A DNA stretch of 64,000 bases, taken from contig CALRDV010000002.1 in NCBI GenBank assembly GCA_943355005.1, positions 397 through 64,396 of the forward strand, read 5' to 3'. The notes beneath the pieces were generated by a model, which made no database searches, was not told the origin of the DNA, and saw nothing but the letters and a program-made list of their open reading frames with translations. Both the position numbers and the translations under genes were made by a program. Of this stretch, positions 1 to 9,360 are shown piece after piece. The stretch's first letter is position 1. The number at the start of each line of letters is the position of its first letter. The stretch comes from Patescibacteria group bacterium. GTDB lineage: Bacteria; Patescibacteriota; Microgenomatia; UBA1400; MFAQ01.

Positions 1-35
1 AGTCCTATAGTTTAACGCAATTACGAACAACATAG

Positions 36-449
36 CTAGGAGCTATTTCTCGGGCCGTAGTCGTCTCGACGACTGCCAAATAACCCCCCAATCACCGCTA
101 AAACCGCCACAAGCGCCCCAATAATCTTAATCACCACTAAAAAATTTCCAGCAAGAATGAACATATATGCAAAATATATCGCCGTGATCAGTCCCACGAT
201 TATTAAAACGATAACCAAAACCATAACGACCATCATCATATTGAAAAATTTTTGTGCCCCCGCCTGAACGTCCAGAGCCTCCTTCGCATCAGTCGTATCG
301 CAATCAAACGATTTGCCAATGCAATTGCGATCATTCCAGGCGCCGTTCAGCTTTGTAATATATTTACTGCTCAACGGCACATCATACCGTTGAATACCGT
401 CGGACACAATCAAGCCATTGTCGCTACGAGCTATTATTGTCCACTTCAT
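36..449 (-). CDS. Hypothetical membrane protein with two C-terminal hydrophobic helices
   Basis: ORF track 36..575. The start is more plausibly ATG 449 (MKWTII), because the upstream extension runs up to the rRNA terminator. Confidence 0.6.
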   Translation of the reverse strand: MKWTIIARSDNGLIVSDGIQRYDVPLSSKYITKLNGAWNDRNCIGKSFDCDTTDAKEALDVQAGAQKFFNMMMVVMVLVIVLIIVGLITAIYFAYMFILAGNFLVVIKIIGALVAVLAVIGGLFGSRRDDYGPRNSS

Positions 450-575
450 GTTAATCTGCCTCCTATCTAAATCTGAGTATTTGCCGAAATTATACATGAA
501 TAAACCCAAAAAGTCAATAATTATAGGCTCATTTGTAAACACCAGAACAATCTGAACACTCAGTACTCGAAGCAC

Positions 576-603
576 AAAAAACCCGCCTTTCGGCGGGTTT
601 TTT
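576..603. terminator. Bidirectional intrinsic terminator closing the 16S transcript
   Basis: AAAAAACCCGCC-TTTC-GGCGGGTTTTTT. Confidence 0.9.
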
Positions 604-735
604 GTTTCATTAATTCAAGTGAGCAACAGCTTTTTATCATCTAAAGAGTGGCAAGAGTCAGGTGAATTGTATTTAGACACTCATTCACCAATAGTGTGGC
701 GATTTATCATCGGACTCGTGAAGTCCTTTACTCCT

Positions 736-2236
<1,501 letters not shown>

Positions 2237-2348
2237 ATTGAATAGATTTCGTCACTCTCACCACTCTTTATATGACAAAAATTGTAGAAAATATTATTCT
2301 GCTAATAAATATTCTCTGCTGTTGCTTTACTTGTTAATGAACTTGGAT

Positions 2349-2377
2349 ATTTTAACAGCCAGTTCGAGCCTCCGCAA
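2349..2377 (-). promoter_or_regulatory. Putative sigma70 promoter of the 16S gene
   Basis: Minus strand TTGCGG-17 nt-TAAAAT with an extended -10 (TGTTAAAAT). Confidence 0.65.
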
Positions 2378-2473
2378 GTATGTCTTTTTAGTGACACTTT
2401 TGAAGATCTAACCACTTTCCGAAAACCCAAATCGGTACGTTTATTTTAGCACAACTAATCTCTTACAGCATCT

Positions 2474-2594
2474 GTCATTCCTGGCTTGACCCGGAATCCA
2501 GTCCCAACACTTGTCATTGCGAATCTCGTACTCGAGCTGTGGCAATCCAGGCATTCTCGTCATTCCAACCGAGCACAGCGAGTGGAGGAATCTC
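2474..2594 (+). repeat. Cluster of three palindromic GTCATT...AATC elements
   Basis: gtcattcctggcttgacccggaatcca (2474), gtcattgcgaatctcgtactcgagctgtggcaatcca (2513), gtcattccaaccgagcacagcgagtggaggaatctc (2559). Confidence 0.9.
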
Positions 2595-2705
2595 CCTCTA
2601 CCCACGCTCAAAAACCACCCCATAACTTGACTTTAGCCTCATTCTGTGCTAAACTCTGCCATCAATCGCCGCTAGGCGTGAACCTTAAAAAGAAAGGAGG
2701 TTTCC

Positions 2706-3473
2706 GTGAAAAGAAAAACATTTCTCTGCTGGATGAATGCAGAAGACCAGCCTTCATCGGTTATTAGTGCAAAGCTAGGCAATGCAGAAAAACCATTTTT
2801 CGTTAGATTGACCGGGGGTTGTGGCTTTATGAGCAGATCAGACGGAGAAGAATCCATAAAAGTTTTACTGGACACACTGACCGGTTTCAACGGTGTACTT
2901 CTTTACGGAGGCACGCGCGTTTACGAACCAAGCTCAAGTTCTTTGTCGGAATTTTCCGTTTTTCCAACCATTTTGGAAGTTCCTCCAATGCTTAGAAAAA
3001 TTAACAGGGGCATGATGTCTTTTGGCATCATCCCTCGGCTAACCAACGTTGAGTTCGATGCTGACCTGGGGCTGATCATCAGTAAAAACGATGAAAACGG
3101 CTTTCTAACAGTCATCCACCCCAATCAAGATATCTGCCTCGTCTTACAAAGAGACGTGGATCGAGGTTTCCCTGGAGATAAATATTGGGATATCGAGTGG
3201 CGTTTTTGTCTGGAAGTCGTTAAGTCATTCCTGGAAAATCGAAATAATTCTGGGACGGTTTTGATTTCATATAACGGAGGTGTTTCCACCGGAAAAGAAA
3301 TCGAAGCCTGGGCCAACAACAATTGGCCGGTTATTCTTTTTGAAAACAGTGGCAGAGTCACTACCGAGTTCTGTAGAAATACAGAATGGTTGGCGGCTCA
3401 CCCATCAGTTTTTGTCGCGAAATCTTCAGAAGATGCTCGCGAACAACTCACATTGTTAGGAGGTCTATCTTGA
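2706..3473 (+). CDS. SLOG-superfamily protein (LSDAT/TRPM-like)
   Basis: RLTGGCG, YGGT, GIIP and NGG..TGKE...WPVILFENSGR motifs; strong SD AAGGAGG before GTG. Confidence 0.65.
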   Translation: MKRKTFLCWMNAEDQPSSVISAKLGNAEKPFFVRLTGGCGFMSRSDGEESIKVLLDTLTGFNGVLLYGGTRVYEPSSSSLSEFSVFPTILEVPPMLRKINRGMMSFGIIPRLTNVEFDADLGLIISKNDENGFLTVIHPNQDICLVLQRDVDRGFPGDKYWDIEWRFCLEVVKSFLENRNNSGTVLISYNGGVSTGKEIEAWANNNWPVILFENSGRVTTEFCRNTEWLAAHPSVFVAKSSEDAREQLTLLGGLS

Positions 3474-4240
3474 ACCATAATTCACTTCTTGTAACAGTTC
3501 CTGGACCGGGCGTACATCTTCGCGTCTCAGACGCAGGTTTCCCGGCAGACATGGTCTATGTTGCCCAAAATGTCGCCGACACTTGCCGCAAACTTGGCAT
3601 CATACCCAGCGTTCATCGCATTGTTGGTGGCATGAACGTTCCAAACCCAGATGCGATGTATGATTACTTTTTGAATGCCTTTGGTGGACTTAACGGAGCA
3701 CTCATCATGAGTGGCGCCACACGTTGCCTAACAGAGTCAGGTTTCACTCCTTCTGTAGCAGAAGTTGTACCATTTGTGAAGAAGTTCTTACCCAACTCTG
3801 TTACCGCTGGTTCTTTTCCCCGCACTGAAGGCATGACTTTGTCAGGTCATGGAACCCTTTTTGTTGGGTCAGAACACACTGTCATCCCGAATCCCGAGAC
3901 CGAACATGTTGTGATCATCCAGAAAGATGGTAATGATGACTCTCTGCATGATCAGTGGAATGCGGATCTTCAGTTCTATCTCGATTACATGCAACTGCTT
4001 CGAGACGAAATGGGGTTCGTGCCGGTTCTAACAGTTTGGGAAGGTGGCGGTGTTTCAGTCAAAGAAGCCACACAGGGAAATGACCGTGGTTTCCGTGTTT
4101 GCGTGGCAGAGGGATCAGGTCGTGCTTGTAACAACCAGCTCTCACCTGCCAACTTCAATGGCAAAAATATACACCATGTTCCCTACAAAAATGGCACCCT
4201 GCAGCGGACTTTAATGCAGGCATGGAAAATCAGCAAATAA
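3470..4240 (+). CDS. Second SLOG-like protein, paralogue of the upstream gene
   Basis: RIVGGM, SGAT and EGGGVSVKE...VCVAEGSGRA motifs. TTG start at 3470 after AGGAGG overlaps the upstream stop (TTGA) and is in frame with ORF 3386..4240. Confidence 0.6.
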   Translation: MNHNSLLVTVPGPGVHLRVSDAGFPADMVYVAQNVADTCRKLGIIPSVHRIVGGMNVPNPDAMYDYFLNAFGGLNGALIMSGATRCLTESGFTPSVAEVVPFVKKFLPNSVTAGSFPRTEGMTLSGHGTLFVGSEHTVIPNPETEHVVIIQKDGNDDSLHDQWNADLQFYLDYMQLLRDEMGFVPVLTVWEGGGVSVKEATQGNDRGFRVCVAEGSGRACNNQLSPANFNGKNIHHVPYKNGTLQRTLMQAWKISK

Positions 4241-4243
4241 AAC

Positions 4244-4275
4244 AAAAGACCCCCGCAATCGCGTGGGTCTTTTTT
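4244..4275 (+). terminator. Intrinsic terminator
   Basis: AAAAGACCC-ccgcaatcgcgt-GGGTCTTTTTT. Confidence 0.75.
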
Positions 4276-4343
4276 ATTGATTTACCCCATTCATCCTGCT
4301 AAAATCCACGTATCGCAATTTAAAATTAAGAAAGGAGTCACCA

Positions 4344-4829
4344 ATGGCTCTAATTATCGATATGCCGAAACTACTGGAGATTCAAGCCTCTGGCTTAGCA
4401 ACCAGGGTTTGGAAGTACGCACCAACCTATTGGCGATATTCGACAAGAGAAGATGTTGAATATGGTCTTGTCAGTCGCGGTCTCAATATCAGTCCAAGAT
4501 CAGTAATTGTCCAAACCCTCGAAGGACCCAAGGAAATGGATGAAATTATTTGCATGGGTCTGGATGGAGAACTCTGGCCAACAAGTATAAAAGATTTTTG
4601 CCTTTCAAAAGTTATTTCAGATAAACCCTCCGATATTCCAGGTTGGAGACTAAGTTACAACAAGCCCGACGATCTCTGCTGGGCCATCCAGGTGGATGAA
4701 GATTTTACCGTCACGGCAGGTCACTCAAAACCCCTTTCTCAAAAAGCAGGAGCCTACCTCCTCTTCAAAGAAAAATGGGCATGGCCCGTCGCAGAACTGC
4801 TGTTCCCCCTATACTACAGACCCGTCTAA
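4344..4829 (+). CDS. Hypothetical protein resembling the PGDYG-type family
   Basis: VQTLEG...IICMGLDGELWP and a second degenerate repeat (KAGAYLL...WPV); SD AAGGAG. Confidence 0.5.
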   Translation: MALIIDMPKLLEIQASGLATRVWKYAPTYWRYSTREDVEYGLVSRGLNISPRSVIVQTLEGPKEMDEIICMGLDGELWPTSIKDFCLSKVISDKPSDIPGWRLSYNKPDDLCWAIQVDEDFTVTAGHSKPLSQKAGAYLLFKEKWAWPVAELLFPLYYRPV

Positions 4830-4901
4830 AACCAACCCTCTCACGAGGGTCTTTTTTTATCAATTTGACTACCACCCCAAAAATACGATATATTGGTATA
4901 T

Positions 4902-5072
4902 ATGGCCAAAAAAGCTGCCCGAAAAACAACCAAGAAGGTTACCAAATCCACCAATGGCGCAAAACCAGTGATGAAAGCAAAGAAAGAAGAAAGCTACCTG
5001 GCTCTTCTTCTCATCATCCTAGCCGCCTCCCTCTTCTTCTTCTGGCTTGTAGTCAGCACCCAGGGAGTTTAA
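4902..5072 (+). CDS. 56-aa small membrane protein with a Lys-rich N-terminus and one C-terminal TM helix (below the ORF-track cutoff)
   Basis: Read by hand: MAKKAARKTTKKVTKSTNGAKPVMKAKKEESYLALLLIILAASLFFFWLVVSTQGV; TTGACT/TATATT promoter just upstream and terminator downstream. Confidence 0.7.
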   Translation: MAKKAARKTTKKVTKSTNGAKPVMKAKKEESYLALLLIILAASLFFFWLVVSTQGV

Positions 5073-5092
5073 ATAAGCATCTATTAGATATT

Positions 5093-5122
5093 AAAAAGCC
5101 CGGGCATCTGCCCGGGCTTTTT
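5093..5122. terminator. Bidirectional intrinsic terminator
   Basis: AAAAAGCCCGGGCA-TC-TGCCCGGGCTTTTT between convergent ORFs. Confidence 0.85.
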
Positions 5123-5123
5123 G

Positions 5124-5465
5124 TTACTCACTTCTAACAAAAGTGTGCTTGAGTGATTCCATAAAACTAATTGTTTCTTCAAAATTCAGGACTAAATAGT
5201 TTCTTGAAAACTCCAGCGTATTAAACCTTACGAGAACATCCCCCACCCAAAACTCAGACTGACCTTCATCATCCCCACCCAGCAGATCGATCAAGTCAGC
5301 CTCGTACCCCCCACCACCTTTGCCTGGACCAGCCAAAAAATTTATCTTTACTATACCCTCGATTTCCATAACCTCCACAGAACAGTTATATCCAGCATGT
5401 TTCATTTTGGGCACAAAAAGCGCCCTTTTCACCTCATTCATCACAGTTCTCCTTTCAACGAACAA
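5124..5465 (-). CDS. Hypothetical protein
   Basis: ORF track; AAAGGAG SD lies just before the internal MNEVK, which is the probable start. Confidence 0.55.
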   Translation of the reverse strand: MFVERRTVMNEVKRALFVPKMKHAGYNCSVEVMEIEGIVKINFLAGPGKGGGGYEADLIDLLGGDDEGQSEFWVGDVLVRFNTLEFSRNYLVLNFEETISFMESLKHTFVRSE

Positions 5466-5626
5466 ATTTTATGATTTAAATATATCATATCACAAATAAC
5501 CCTATAATACAATTCTTTTAGCCTCATCCTCATTTTTTAGCCTGAAAATCTACCTCGCGATTCATTGTACTACCCAAAGTTATATAATCTAGCTTCACCC
5601 ACTTTGAAATTCAAAGGAGATTACCC

Positions 5627-6409
5627 ATGACATTCATTTTTCATTCCGATTGCACCTGCCCCAGCTGTGGTTTCACCGGCGCAAATATCAAGATCCAAGA
5701 CTCGTATTCCAACTTCCCAAATCCCGAGGGTGTTTTTAAACTAGGGATATTTAGTCATGATGATTGTGGCTACAGCGAAGATCTAGGAAAATTTATAAAA
5801 AGAATTATCTCCGAACAGCGCGTAGGAAGTTATTCCGACAATCTTCTAAAATTAATCTACCAGAGGGAGCTTTTCCTCTCCACCACCCAGGATCACTACA
5901 AGCAGCTTGCCAAAGCGATCCAAAAAATAAATTCCCTGGTCAATGGATTTTTCTACACTACAGTCCTTACTGTCAACGACATCCCACTTGACACCACTTG
6001 CCCGCTTTGCGACGAAGTCCAACTTCAGGCAGCTGAGGATGAGATGGTCTGTAGCCATGGTCATTACAAAGTACCGGTTAAGTATTATCTCGAAGCCAAG
6101 TTAACTGCCTTGGGCTGTGAAGTCAAATCGGTTTTGGGAGATACAGAATCCACTTACGAAGTTTCCCAAGAAATATCTTTTACGCCAATAGCCAGTAGCT
6201 TCATATTACCCATATTTAGTACCGGAAAAGCCAAACTGACTAATAAGAAGATCGGCAATATTGTCTATCGTTTTCACGATGGTGAAAGAAAACTTGTCAT
6301 CAGCACAGGAGAACTTGCCGGTGCCTCTTACCTAATTTTTGTTGACTTGATCAAGTATCACTTCCAAGGTCAATTTAAAATCATTATCAAAAACGAGTCT
6401 GACTCGTAA
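5627..6409 (+). CDS. Hypothetical protein with two putative Zn ribbons
   Basis: CTCPSC...HDDCG and CPLC...CSHGH; SD AAAGGAG; terminator at 6424-6451. Confidence 0.7.
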   Translation: MTFIFHSDCTCPSCGFTGANIKIQDSYSNFPNPEGVFKLGIFSHDDCGYSEDLGKFIKRIISEQRVGSYSDNLLKLIYQRELFLSTTQDHYKQLAKAIQKINSLVNGFFYTTVLTVNDIPLDTTCPLCDEVQLQAAEDEMVCSHGHYKVPVKYYLEAKLTALGCEVKSVLGDTESTYEVSQEISFTPIASSFILPIFSTGKAKLTNKKIGNIVYRFHDGERKLVISTGELAGASYLIFVDLIKYHFQGQFKIIIKNESDS

Positions 6410-6480
6410 CTCTCCAAACAAACAAACCTTCCCAACCAGGAAGGTTTTTTTACAAAAAATTCCCCCGGCTAGCGGGGGTC

Positions 6481-6720
6481 TTAAAACCAAGGTAATCCAA
6501 ACAAAGGTCCTCGATATTCCAAATATTGGTTCTCAAACATATGGACACCGTTATCATAAACCTTCAAAAATGCATACAGAATCAGGTATTGCTCCAAGAA
6601 CTGAGTCACTTCTTCGGTTTTATCACAGCAAAACACCGGCTGATCCAGATATGTGACCAAAAACCTTTTTTCTTTATCTATCTCAATCACCTTAGGAGTA
6701 TCAGACATTTTTACCTCCAA
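6481..6720 (-). CDS. Small hypothetical protein
   Basis: ORF track; GGAGG SD before MSDTPK. Confidence 0.55.
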   Translation of the reverse strand: MEVKMSDTPKVIEIDKEKRFLVTYLDQPVFCCDKTEEVTQFLEQYLILYAFLKVYDNGVHMFENQYLEYRGPLFGLPWF

Positions 6721-6742
6721 TTCAGAGTACGCTCAAATCAAA

Positions 6743-7900
6743 TTATACAATTACCCCGCCACCCAAACACTCTCCGCCTTCTGTGTAGAATACTGCACTC
6801 TGTCCGGCCGCGATTCCTCGAATATCTTTATCCAGGATTATCGTCAGCCCATCTCCCATTTCCATCCCCCTTGCGCCAATTAATTCCCCACCATGACGAA
6901 TTCTCACCAAGAGATCATCCATATTCCATTTAGTTTTCGATATTTTATTTATCTCCCCCACCTCAAACTGATCCTCCATGGCGTCATCGGATTCTCCCAC
7001 CACCAATTCATTTTTTTTCGCATCTTTGGAAATCACATAAAATATTGGCGTCTCATTGTCATTGCGAGTTTCGTACTCGAACCGTGGCAATCCAGGAATT
7101 ATTTTATCCTTAGATAATTTTTTTTGAGCCGTTGGATTCATTACCCATCCACCTCTTTGTCCAATGGTATAGAACCACACTCCATCATGAGTTCCCACCT
7201 CATTTCCCTCGGTATCCAACACTTTTCCAACTTGCTTCTTTAATCTTCTGGCCAGAAATTCTTTCACTTCCACATTCCCTACGAAGCAAATTCCCTGACT
7301 ATCTTTGCGGTCGGCCACACTAAGCTTTGCTTCTTTAGCCAATTCTCGCACTTTACCCTTTTCAAAGTCTCCAAGGGGAAAAAGCACACGAGCCAGCTCT
7401 TTCTGAGTCAATTTCCATAGAAAATATGTTTGATCTTTATGTTTATCTTTCGGTATCAGAAGACGTCCCCCGGCCAGTTTTGCATAATGTCCTGTCGCAA
7501 TAAAGTCAAAGCCATTCTCCATCGCCCAGTCAAGGAAAAGTCCAAACTTAATCTCACTGTTACACAATACATCCGGGTTCGGAGTTCTCCCGGCTTCATA
7601 CTCCTCATAAAAATATTTAATCACTCTTTGGTTATATTCTTCGGAGAAATCCAAAACCTTAAAGGGAATTCCCAATTCCAAGCAAGTTTGCAAAGCCATC
7701 TGTCTATCCTCATCGGCTCTACAGCCATTTTTCTTTATCCATTCTTCCCTTGTAATACCATCTTTTTCAATCTCACTTTTCGGTGGCCAGCAATACAAGT
7801 GAACTCCAGTCACGTCATAACCCGCCTTTTTCAAAAGCAACGCACTTACGGCGCTATCCACGCCTCCGGAAATCCCTACAGCCACTTTTAATTGATTCAC
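6743..7900 (-). CDS. mnmA: tRNA-specific 2-thiouridylase MnmA
   Basis: SGGVDS, TPNPDVLCN, ATGHY, KDQTYFL, DSQGICF, TIGQRGG, GQSAVFY. Confidence 0.98.
   Translation of the reverse strand: MNQLKVAVGISGGVDSAVSALLLKKAGYDVTGVHLYCWPPKSEIEKDGITREEWIKKNGCRADEDRQMALQTCLELGIPFKVLDFSEEYNQRVIKYFYEEYEAGRTPNPDVLCNSEIKFGLFLDWAMENGFDFIATGHYAKLAGGRLLIPKDKHKDQTYFLWKLTQKELARVLFPLGDFEKGKVRELAKEAKLSVADRKDSQGICFVGNVEVKEFLARRLKKQVGKVLDTEGNEVGTHDGVWFYTIGQRGGWVMNPTAQKKLSKDKIIPGLPRFEYETRNDNETPIFYVISKDAKKNELVVGESDDAMEDQFEVGEINKISKTKWNMDDLLVRIRHGGELIGARGMEMGDGLTIILDKDIRGIAAGQSAVFYTEGGECLGGGVIV
7058..7095 (+). repeat. Palindromic element in frame within mnmA (PGLPRFEYETRND)
   Basis: gtcattgcgagtttcgtactcgaaccgtggcaatccag, nearly identical to intergenic copies at 2513 and 53729. 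Confidence 0.9.
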
Positions 7901-7937
7901 AGGCTATATTTTACGCTAAAAACACGTTCACGTTATA

Positions 7938-8624
7938 TTATAAATTTTCAAATATCACACCTAGCCCACCTTTTGGCAAAAATCTCAAATCATCAGTCAT
8001 GAACCTTGGCATATCGGCATTAATAATGTCACCGGCGGCTTCACAGCCTAAAACCGTTCTTTCTCTTAGATGTTTCCCAATTCCATTTGTACCCTGTCTT
8101 CGAACGCCCTCTTGTTGATCTTCGGCCGCCATTATCCACATTAGTTTATTCACAACAGAAAAAATTGCCTCCATCCTCACAATAGTCTCCTTTTTCCAAT
8201 CGCCACCTGGCGTCTTCCCATCACCACAATATTTGTTGGGAACAAAACCAAATCCTATTTTGGGTAATCGCTTCACATAACTTTCAATAAAGTCTTGTAT
8301 CTCGGAATCTTCAACCAAGGGTTTAACCCCCTCACCAAAAATACTTCCACCTGGCACTTTATTAAGCTCCAAGACTACTTTTTTCATCAACTCTACAATC
8401 CTTTCTTCACCAAATTTTTCAAAAACAGTTTTAGCCTGTTCACTTAGATTTGCCTTTCCTTCAATATTAGTAAAATCAATCCCTGTTTTTTTAAGTAGTT
8501 CTCTTTTCCAAACCCTCTCTGGTTCACCCAAGAAAACAACTTCACCAGTCTTTATTTTTTCCTCCACCAGGTTTCCAATGAACCTCAGTTGCTCCTTAAG
8601 CTCAGTAGGTTGTTTTTCCATCAT
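7938..8624 (-). CDS. Hypothetical protein, tandem paralogue of 8674..9342
   Basis: Shared pattern EPER, FG.(E/D), KY...G.W, IMA, LR...G.E..G. Confidence 0.7.
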   Translation of the reverse strand: MMEKQPTELKEQLRFIGNLVEEKIKTGEVVFLGEPERVWKRELLKKTGIDFTNIEGKANLSEQAKTVFEKFGEERIVELMKKVVLELNKVPGGSIFGEGVKPLVEDSEIQDFIESYVKRLPKIGFGFVPNKYCGDGKTPGGDWKKETIVRMEAIFSVVNKLMWIMAAEDQQEGVRRQGTNGIGKHLRERTVLGCEAAGDIINADMPRFMTDDLRFLPKGGLGVIFENL

Positions 8625-8673
8625 GCCAATATTATATCCCTATCAGAATCAAAACAAAAAAATCTTACAAATT

Positions 8674-9342
8674 TTAATTCTTCCCTAATACTTTTACCAA
8701 AGCCTCTAAGCCCTTATCAGAAATTCCTCTAATATGCTCTCTGTATTCAGGTGTGCCATACCTTTTAGAATTTTCAGGAAAAGTCGCTCCACCGCTCTCT
8801 AGTCCTTTAATGATTTGAGACCTCAGATTGTCTGTAGCTGAAGATTCATTTTGACGAATTTTTGCCTCAAGTTCATCTGAAGATGCCATAATATAAGTCA
8901 ATTCATTTAAAATTGACATTATCATCTCAATATTTTTAGTGGTATTTTCCTGCCAATTTCCCTCATTTTCCGCTGATAAATATTTCTGTGTCGAAAAATC
9001 AAAAACAAACTTATCCGATTGTTCTGACATAAACTGTCTAGTGAAGTCTTCAATCCCTGGCAATTTGACATCACTATAAACCTGTTTAATAACATCAATC
9101 ACCATTTCAGATGTTTTGTCTTTTCCAAATACTCTTACCAGATTTGCTGCATCCTCAGCTGCACTTCCAAAAATAATTGCCGATTCCAACTTTGCTCCAT
9201 TATCCACCATTGCAGCCCTTAAACTATTTCTTTCTGGCTCTTTTATTATTATGTCATCAGCAGCCGCAACAGCTTTCTCCATATTTTGAGCAATAAATCC
9301 TAAAGCTTCGGGTGATAACTCAACTTTTGGTTCTTGATTCAT
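8674..9342 (-). CDS. Hypothetical protein, tandem paralogue of 7938..8624
   Basis: Same shared motifs; -10-like TACAAT 6 nt before the ATG. Confidence 0.7.
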   Translation of the reverse strand: MNQEPKVELSPEALGFIAQNMEKAVAAADDIIIKEPERNSLRAAMVDNGAKLESAIIFGSAAEDAANLVRVFGKDKTSEMVIDVIKQVYSDVKLPGIEDFTRQFMSEQSDKFVFDFSTQKYLSAENEGNWQENTTKNIEMIMSILNELTYIMASSDELEAKIRQNESSATDNLRSQIIKGLESGGATFPENSKRYGTPEYREHIRGISDKGLEALVKVLGKN

Positions 9343-9360
9343 ATCGCAATTGTATATCCT

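Noticed and set aside
2474-2594. Possible CRISPR array
   Set aside because: Units differ in sequence and length, spacers are only about 10 nt, copies are dispersed across the window, and no cas genes are present.
2441-2767. ORFs 2441..2623 and 2486..2767
   Set aside because: They are translations of the three-element palindrome cluster, with no independent coding evidence.
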